Both the position numbers and the translations under genes were made by a program. A stretch of DNA of 64,000 nt from Candidatus Heimdallarchaeota archaeon. GTDB lineage: Archaea; Asgardarchaeota; Heimdallarchaeia; Hodarchaeales; Hodarchaeaceae. The notes under the pieces were generated by a model, which had not been told where the DNA came from, ran no database searches, and saw only the letters and a list, made by a program, of their open reading frames with translations. The stretch covers positions 18,009 through 82,008 of the forward strand of contig JBHLSH010000002.1 in the NCBI GenBank assembly GCA_048881705.1, read 5' to 3'. This document shows, one piece after another, positions 58,025 to 64,000 of this stretch; within the stretch, counting starts at the first letter, position 1; the number at the start of each line of letters is the position of its first letter.

Positions 58025-58687
58025 ATGTTCTCATCCATCGCGTCACGCTATAATCTGATGAACAATGTGATGACGGGGTTTACTCATCACTTAACTCGAA
58101 GATTTGCCCTCTCTCTCACCAAATTTAAGACCGGACAGCGCGCAGTCGATCTTGCAACAGGTACAGGAGATTTTGTAAAGCTATTAAATGCTAAAGGTGG
58201 CGAAAAGTCGGTTGTTATTGGGTGTGACCTATCTAGGGAAATGCTTAGTCTGGCAAAGAATCAGAATCATCGAACTGACTTTATACAAGCAGACATTAAC
58301 ACTCTTCCATTTTTAGACAATTCTTTTGATCTATCTACGATATCATATGGTCTCAGGAATGTTCAAGATCCTCTAGTCACGCTTACAGAAATATTTCGAA
58401 TAATCCGCCCAGGAGGCCGTCTTATTATTGTTGAATCGAGCCTTCCTATGAATACGGGAAGTCGGTTTCTTATTTGGTTTCATTTCACAAAAATTGTCCC
58501 GCGTTTGGCATCGTTTTTTCGTTTAAGCACAGCAGCCTACAATTATTACTTCGAGTCCGTCAAACAGTTTCCAATAGGAACAAAATTTTTTCATCTGCTA
58601 AGAAACGCAGGATGGAGTCATGTTACATGGTATACAAGACTTTTCGGAGCTGTTTCGATCTACCTTATCACGAAAGGGGTATCCTAG
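58025..58687 (+). CDS. ubiE: UbiE/MenG family quinone C-methyltransferase
   Basis: MFSSIASRYNLMNNVMT, DLATGTGD, YGLRNV and RPGGR. Confidence 0.85.
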   Translation: MFSSIASRYNLMNNVMTGFTHHLTRRFALSLTKFKTGQRAVDLATGTGDFVKLLNAKGGEKSVVIGCDLSREMLSLAKNQNHRTDFIQADINTLPFLDNSFDLSTISYGLRNVQDPLVTLTEIFRIIRPGGRLIIVESSLPMNTGSRFLIWFHFTKIVPRLASFFRLSTAAYNYYFESVKQFPIGTKFFHLLRNAGWSHVTWYTRLFGAVSIYLITKGVS

Positions 58688-58696
58688 CTTCGATCG

Positions 58697-59563
58697 CTAC
58701 TCATTCAATAGCTCGGCCTCACCGTGGGTCAGGACTGAATACCCGTCTTGATTATCAGTCCTAAATCCCAGAATCTGGCTTTCATTGGTTTTCTTGATTA
58801 ACCAAGCATGAGTTGTTAGGGCGTCCCCCATAAAAACAGGTCTTGCAAAACGCGTTTTTATGCATTTGAGTTTGGTTGGACTTGTATCTGTCCCATTTAG
58901 GATTGCCTGTGCGGCAAACGCCATTGTACAAAGGCCCTGTAATATCACATCTGGTAAACCCACCATCCGAGCAAAATCTGGATCAAGATGTATTGGATTC
59001 ATGTCACCAGATGCTTTTGAGTATCGAATGGCTTGGTCTGATTCAACAACCATCTTTTCTTGGAATAGAAAATCCTGAATTTGAGACGGGGATGGTATTT
59101 TTTGAGTTTTCGATCTGGATCTTCCCTTTTCTTGATTTTTGAAGAATAAACCTGCCCGCATTACAAAAACCAGATCAGAATGGTGATGTCCTTCGATTCT
59201 TATCCACAGCACTTCGCCAGATGATTTGACATCAATGGATTCGAGTTGGGTTGAAGTCCGGATTTGGTTCCCGGGTTTTAAGGGTCGGGTATAAGTGATC
59301 GAATGTTCTCCATGAACCATTCGTGAGAAATCAAGATTTAAAGTTGGATCTTGGACCAGTTTATTACTAACTGAGAACATCGTGGTCACAGGGAAGAGAG
59401 GCGGGACTAGGCGCCGAGATTCATCGGTATCGAAATAACCTGGATTCGTCTCGTTTGTAGCCTTAGCAAACTCAAGAGTTCGAATTGGGTCTATAGTTTC
59501 AATCGAGCCAGAATAACTTCTGCCAATTATTGCGGAATCAAGAATTTGAGGGAACTTCTTCAT
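58697..59563 (-). CDS. Double hot-dog MaoC-type (R)-enoyl-CoA hydratase/dehydratase
   Basis: MVHGEH in the N-terminal half; SGDMNPIHLD...ILQGLCT hydratase-2 motif. Confidence 0.9.
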   Translation of the reverse strand: MKKFPQILDSAIIGRSYSGSIETIDPIRTLEFAKATNETNPGYFDTDESRRLVPPLFPVTTMFSVSNKLVQDPTLNLDFSRMVHGEHSITYTRPLKPGNQIRTSTQLESIDVKSSGEVLWIRIEGHHHSDLVFVMRAGLFFKNQEKGRSRSKTQKIPSPSQIQDFLFQEKMVVESDQAIRYSKASGDMNPIHLDPDFARMVGLPDVILQGLCTMAFAAQAILNGTDTSPTKLKCIKTRFARPVFMGDALTTHAWLIKKTNESQILGFRTDNQDGYSVLTHGEAELLNE

Positions 59564-59752
59564 GGGAAACTCTTCCGATCACAAAATCTGCATTTCAAGA
59601 TATGAGCAACAAATGCAGTATTTACGTGGTAAAATCGACATTATCCCGAGTTTAAAGAGAAGACATAACGCAGGAGTTACTCGTGCGGAATTAGTATAAA
59701 CATCTTTATACTGATCAAATTTATATACTAGTTCAACCTTAAAGAAGATTGT

Positions 59753-60964
59753 TTGCCAATGAAATCCGCCCTCACCATTCCAGAGATTAGCTATCATTTG
59801 CATCGGTTGTCCTCCGATCTCCAGAATGACCTAGTTGAGTATTCTCAACAAAATCATTGGGCCACCAAGGATTTACATGAGATCTGCAATGAGTTAGAAT
59901 TGTTCATTGAATCCCGCTCAACCCATGAACCAACCTATGATGTACTCTTGTTTATGTACGCCCAATTACTCTTTTTCTCTGGAAATCTCACTAAACTAAA
60001 TGATCTTTTTACAATAACCGCTAGTACGCCGACTATGGGTGTTCAACTTTACTATGCCATTGGTCTGGTATTTCAAGGTCACACACAAGAGGCAGAAGAG
60101 ATTTTATCTCGTATCCTGAAGGATCAAACTTTCAACGAGCAAGATGATAGTTTTCAATTAGAGGTGTTAGGGATAGATTTGTTTATTCACTCTATCAAGC
60201 GTGAATATCTCAAGGTTGCACAAAAATACGAGAAACTAATTGATTTTGCGATTTCAAAGAATCTAGCTACAGATGAAGTGGGAACCCACCTCCTTGCCAT
60301 CCCTAAAATACGGCATGCCTATTCTCTTCGAGCAAGTGGGAAAGTGGGAGAAGCTATTAGGTTATTAAAGGCCTGTCAAAGGGACTTGGAAACATTTCCT
60401 CATCGATATTACCAGGTGATGACACTTACCCGTCTTGGTCATTGCTATCACAATGGTGGAAGACTAAAACGAGCCATCGAGCTATATGATGAAGGAATTG
60501 ATATTGCCTTAGAACTACAAAGTTGGGTCTTGCTTTCTATCCTTTACAATCGCGTTGGATTTGTTATGATCCAGAATGAGAATTCCTCGAGAGCCAAGGA
60601 TTATTTTGAAAAAGCATTAACATATGCAGAGATGGCCGGAGCCATTTGGTTGACTATCGGGCCTTTGGCTAATCTGGCGCGATGGAAAATAGCACAGGGC
60701 AACATAAAAGAAGCCATTGACGACTATCATCAGTTTGCCAAGGTTGCTGAAGGAGTGGGCGATCATAGGGAATTATGTTATGCACAACTCGGCCTAGCGG
60801 ATCTATATGAAAAAATCGATGATATTCCAAAATCAATGTACTATTTAGGGAAAGGAGTTGAGCTTGGTGTTAAGCTCGGAATTCTTGAAATCATTCCTCA
60901 GGACCGACAACGTAAAAGCTCCAGACAAAGATGGTCTCGCTATAAGGACGAGGAGAAAAATTAG
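59753..60964 (+). CDS. Tetratricopeptide-repeat protein
   Basis: Repeated LG..Y...G...A...Y..A helices (LGHCYHNGGRLKRAIELY; VGFVMIQNENSSRAKDYF). Confidence 0.8.
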   Translation: MPMKSALTIPEISYHLHRLSSDLQNDLVEYSQQNHWATKDLHEICNELELFIESRSTHEPTYDVLLFMYAQLLFFSGNLTKLNDLFTITASTPTMGVQLYYAIGLVFQGHTQEAEEILSRILKDQTFNEQDDSFQLEVLGIDLFIHSIKREYLKVAQKYEKLIDFAISKNLATDEVGTHLLAIPKIRHAYSLRASGKVGEAIRLLKACQRDLETFPHRYYQVMTLTRLGHCYHNGGRLKRAIELYDEGIDIALELQSWVLLSILYNRVGFVMIQNENSSRAKDYFEKALTYAEMAGAIWLTIGPLANLARWKIAQGNIKEAIDDYHQFAKVAEGVGDHRELCYAQLGLADLYEKIDDIPKSMYYLGKGVELGVKLGILEIIPQDRQRKSSRQRWSRYKDEEKN

Positions 60965-61003
60965 CTAGCCAAATAAACCTTCGAAGTACTGAGGATACCT
61001 GCC

Positions 61004-61945
61004 ATGGGCAGTCAGGATTTAAATCCCCAGCCCTTCTTTGGTGCAACCACCAGTGAAGTACAGGAGGCTAATTTGGCAGTTCTGGGTATCCCTTGGGATG
61101 CTTCTTCCTCATTTCAAATAGGAGCCGCCTTAGCCCCCCAATACATTCGAACTGCTACATCAGGCCAGCTATATAATCCATATACCGAAGATCTAGTGAA
61201 TCTTAAGGAGAAATGGAAGATATATGATTGGGGGGACGTTCATGTCCCTGATGATGTACAAGAAGCAAAAGATTACCTAGTTAAGATCCATGCTACCTTG
61301 AAGACCGTTCTACAGGAGAATACAGACATAAATTTTCTTTTTCTCGGAGGAGATCACCTTTCTACATATTTTTCTCTTACCAGTCTTTATGAATTGGGGA
61401 TTTTCCATAACTCGGGTTTAATCTATCTTGATGCCCACCCTGATCTTTATTTGGAATATGAAGCTAGCCCATACTCTCATGCTTGTGTTGTCCGAAGATT
61501 GATTGAGGAAATTCAGGTTGATCCAAAAAATATCTTTCAGGTAGGAATACGTGCAGCAACCCCCTCACAAGCGAATTTTGCCAAAAAGATGGGAATAACA
61601 ACAATCTCAGCACGTGAATTTCAGCAATTGGGAGCTGATGCTGTGGCAAAAATAATAGGTAACCTTCTAACAAATGCTGTTGATAGCATCTATCTTTCCA
61701 TAGATCTTGATGTATTAGACCCGTCCTGTGCTCCTGGCGTACCTAACCCAGAACCAGGGGGACTCCTAACGCGTGATCTTGTAACTTTCATCCAAACATT
61801 GCCAAAAACTCCAGTCCGAGCTTTTGACGTTGTCGAACTTCTTCCCGCGAAGGATATAACTGGAATCACAGGATTTGCGGCAGCAAAGATTATTAGGGAA
61901 ACTTTGGGTAAGATTGATCCTTTTTCATCTATATCGGAAGATTAA
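61004..61945 (+). CDS. speB: Agmatinase (ureohydrolase family)
   Basis: GGDH, DAHPD, DLDVLDP..APG and EPGGL. Confidence 0.88.
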   Translation: MGSQDLNPQPFFGATTSEVQEANLAVLGIPWDASSSFQIGAALAPQYIRTATSGQLYNPYTEDLVNLKEKWKIYDWGDVHVPDDVQEAKDYLVKIHATLKTVLQENTDINFLFLGGDHLSTYFSLTSLYELGIFHNSGLIYLDAHPDLYLEYEASPYSHACVVRRLIEEIQVDPKNIFQVGIRAATPSQANFAKKMGITTISAREFQQLGADAVAKIIGNLLTNAVDSIYLSIDLDVLDPSCAPGVPNPEPGGLLTRDLVTFIQTLPKTPVRAFDVVELLPAKDITGITGFAAAKIIRETLGKIDPFSSISED

Positions 61946-62169
61946 TTTTTGGACGACATCTATTTGCCACTGCCAGTAGGATATAAATCACTGGTCCTCT
62001 TGAAAAGATGATCCAAGAAAGCTTTTCAACAAATTTACGGATCCCAAATTCTTGAAAACGACTAATTATGGTTAAGGGATAGCGTTCTCATTGCGTGAAC
62101 ATTTATGAAGAGGGATAAGGTAATTACAATAATTGGCCCGCGTATCGTGTTTTAGGTGGTATATCGGTC

Positions 62170-63495
62170 GTGGAATTTGAAGATGTTCGTCTCAAAGGAT
62201 TTGCAAGACGTATCACGGTTAAGCAGGCGATTAACTTCTGTATGGCAAGTTTTCCTGTATTTGATCCTGTAGTCGTCTCACTAAAAACTGCTTCCGTTAC
62301 CAATCGTATATTAAGACAGGATATCAGATCACTGCGCCCTGTACCCCCTTTTGATCGCTCGGCAGTAGATGGATATGCGGTAAGGGCAAATGAAACCTGG
62401 GGAGCTTCGGAAAGTAATCCGATAACGTTCGAAATCATTGGAGAAGTGGAAATAGGGACTCTTCCAGGGGTAAAATTAGAACCAGGCAAAGTAATTCAAA
62501 TTCCAACAGGTGGAATGGTGCCTGAAGATGCCGATGCGGTAGTCATGGTCGAAGATACGAATATAATTGCATCAGAAGGTAACAAGCCGAAAATAATTGA
62601 GATTACAAAAGCAATTCACCCGAGAAAGAATCTTGCCCGTGCTGGGGAGGATTTGCAGGCGGATCATCTTCTCCTGTTAAAAGGACGAAAATTAAAGGCT
62701 GTAGATCGCGCATTTCTTCTCTCAGCAGGGATAACAAAGATTGATGTGAGTCCAATCCCTTCTATTGCAATATTTTCGACTGGAAATGAATTAGTTGAAG
62801 CTTGGCATTCGGAATTGCCACCAGGTAAAGTTCCTGATGTTAATTCAGTCAACCTCTTTGAATTTTGCAGAGAAGAAGGTTGGAACCCTCAGATTCAGGG
62901 AGTCATCCCTGATGACAAATGGAAACTCAAGGAAGCGCTCCTTAAAGCAACCCAGAACTTCGACGTTATCCTTCTTAGTGGAGGATCTTCGGTAGGAAAA
63001 CGTGATTTTACTCCCCCGCTCCTAAATGAACTGGGTAAGGTCATATTTCATGGCATCGCTATGCGCCCAGGTGGCCCCGTTATTGCAGCAAATATCAGCA
63101 ATAAGATCGTTTTTGGATTACCTGGATTTCCGGCCGCAGCATTAATCGCATTCAGGTTCATATTTCGGCCAGTGATTTTTGGGCTTCTCGGACTTGATCC
63201 TAGTTATACCCCTATCACCCTTGAGGCACGTATAACTCGGAATGTAGGATCCAAACTGGGCCGTCTAGATTTTTTAAGAGTAATCCTGACAAAAGTAGAT
63301 AATGGGCAGTTAGTTGCCAAACCAATGGAGATAGGTGGTTCTGGGTTACTTCGGAGCATTGTTCATGGAAACGGAATTTGTTTAATACCAGAAACCTCCG
63401 AAGGTCTTAAGGAAGGGGATTTAGTGGATGTGATTGTATTGGATAGAGACCAAATCAATTATAGTGCTAATGTAGAAGAAGATTTCTCTTTATAG
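62170..63495 (+). CDS. moeA: Molybdopterin molybdotransferase
   Basis: PPFDRSAVDGYAV, STGNEL, SGGSSVG and GLPGFP. Confidence 0.95.
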   Translation: MEFEDVRLKGFARRITVKQAINFCMASFPVFDPVVVSLKTASVTNRILRQDIRSLRPVPPFDRSAVDGYAVRANETWGASESNPITFEIIGEVEIGTLPGVKLEPGKVIQIPTGGMVPEDADAVVMVEDTNIIASEGNKPKIIEITKAIHPRKNLARAGEDLQADHLLLLKGRKLKAVDRAFLLSAGITKIDVSPIPSIAIFSTGNELVEAWHSELPPGKVPDVNSVNLFEFCREEGWNPQIQGVIPDDKWKLKEALLKATQNFDVILLSGGSSVGKRDFTPPLLNELGKVIFHGIAMRPGGPVIAANISNKIVFGLPGFPAAALIAFRFIFRPVIFGLLGLDPSYTPITLEARITRNVGSKLGRLDFLRVILTKVDNGQLVAKPMEIGGSGLLRSIVHGNGICLIPETSEGLKEGDLVDVIVLDRDQINYSANVEEDFSL

Positions 63496-63514
63496 AATTT
63501 TGGAGTGAATATTA

Positions 63515-64000
63515 TTGAGCAAGAAAAGAGAATTTCTTGATTTGATCTCCGTTGAGAAAGCCCGACGTATTCTTTTAGATGCTTTTTCCTGGACACCAAA
63601 AATAGAAAAAATCCCTCTGCTAGAGGCCAAAGGTAGGATTTTAGCACAAGATGTGGTTGCGAAAATTGATACCCCCCCTTTTGACAGGTCATTGATGGAT
63701 GGCGTTGCCGTTCGTGCGGAGGATACGTTTGGGATTGAAGAAGCGGAACCCCGTACTTTCCGTATCATTGAAACCGTTTCAGCTGGAAAAACAGCAAAAA
63801 GGTCATTGGAAGAACCGGGTACATGTATTGAAATCGCCACAGGAGCTCCAATCCCTCGTGGGGCCAATGCAGTTGTGATGGTCGAGCATACATCAAAAGT
63901 GGAACCAACGAAGGTAAAGATCTACAGATCGATAACTCCTTACGAGAACATTGATCCCGCAGGATCCGATATTATGCTCGGGGAAACGATACTACGCAAG
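63515..64000 (+). CDS. moeA: Second MoeA paralog, 3'-truncated by the window (absent from the ORF track)
   Basis: Manual translation from TTG 63515 gives MSKKREFLDLISVEKARR...PPFDRSLMDGVAVRAEDTFG...IATGAPIPRGANAVVMVE; no stop before the window end. Confidence 0.92.
   Translation, partial: MSKKREFLDLISVEKARRILLDAFSWTPKIEKIPLLEAKGRILAQDVVAKIDTPPFDRSLMDGVAVRAEDTFGIEEAEPRTFRIIETVSAGKTAKRSLEEPGTCIEIATGAPIPRGANAVVMVEHTSKVEPTKVKIYRSITPYENIDPAGSDIMLGETILRK

Noticed and set aside
63490-63867. 125-aa minus-strand ORF
   Set aside because: Antisense to the clearly conserved second moeA.

Overview
A gene-dense archaeal chromosomal window with about 55 CDS, frequent TTG/GTG starts and GAGGT/GGAG/GGTGA Shine-Dalgarno-like motifs. 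A Rab-like small GTPase, a tandem Roadblock/LC7 protein, TPR proteins, archaeal type II GAPDH, type II MetAP, Ino1 and paired MoeA genes together point to an Asgard archaeon (inference; Heimdallarchaeia/Hodarchaeales-like is a guess). I found no rRNA, tRNA, CRISPR array, transposase or integrase. Most genes are ordinary metabolism or transport: MFS, ABC, CaCA, nitroreductase, VOC, amidohydrolase, prolyl oligopeptidase, agmatinase, MoeA. The best candidates for undescribed biology are: (1) a co-oriented tandem-Roadblock / TPR+degenerate restriction-endonuclease fold / Rab-like GTPase trio, facing a Zn-ribbon protein with a second degenerate nuclease fold (13.5-17.1 kb); (2) a wHTH / coiled-coil-wHTH / MinD-ParA ATPase cluster preceded by 10-bp-phased direct repeats, a possible partition or positioning system (33.3-35.3 kb); (3) a highly divergent RtcB-like ligase (21.3-22.6 kb); (4) a Pro-rich protein ending in a WH2/MIM1-like amphipathic helix (10.6-11.4 kb); (5) an IleRS with the swapped GVHH signature, next to a hairpin-rich 715-bp intergenic region (47-50.8 kb); (6) a C-terminally anchored alpha-2-macroglobulin-like protein and two divergent DNA methyltransferases with no nuclease partner (0-5 kb). 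All family assignments come from reading motifs by eye; no database search was run.
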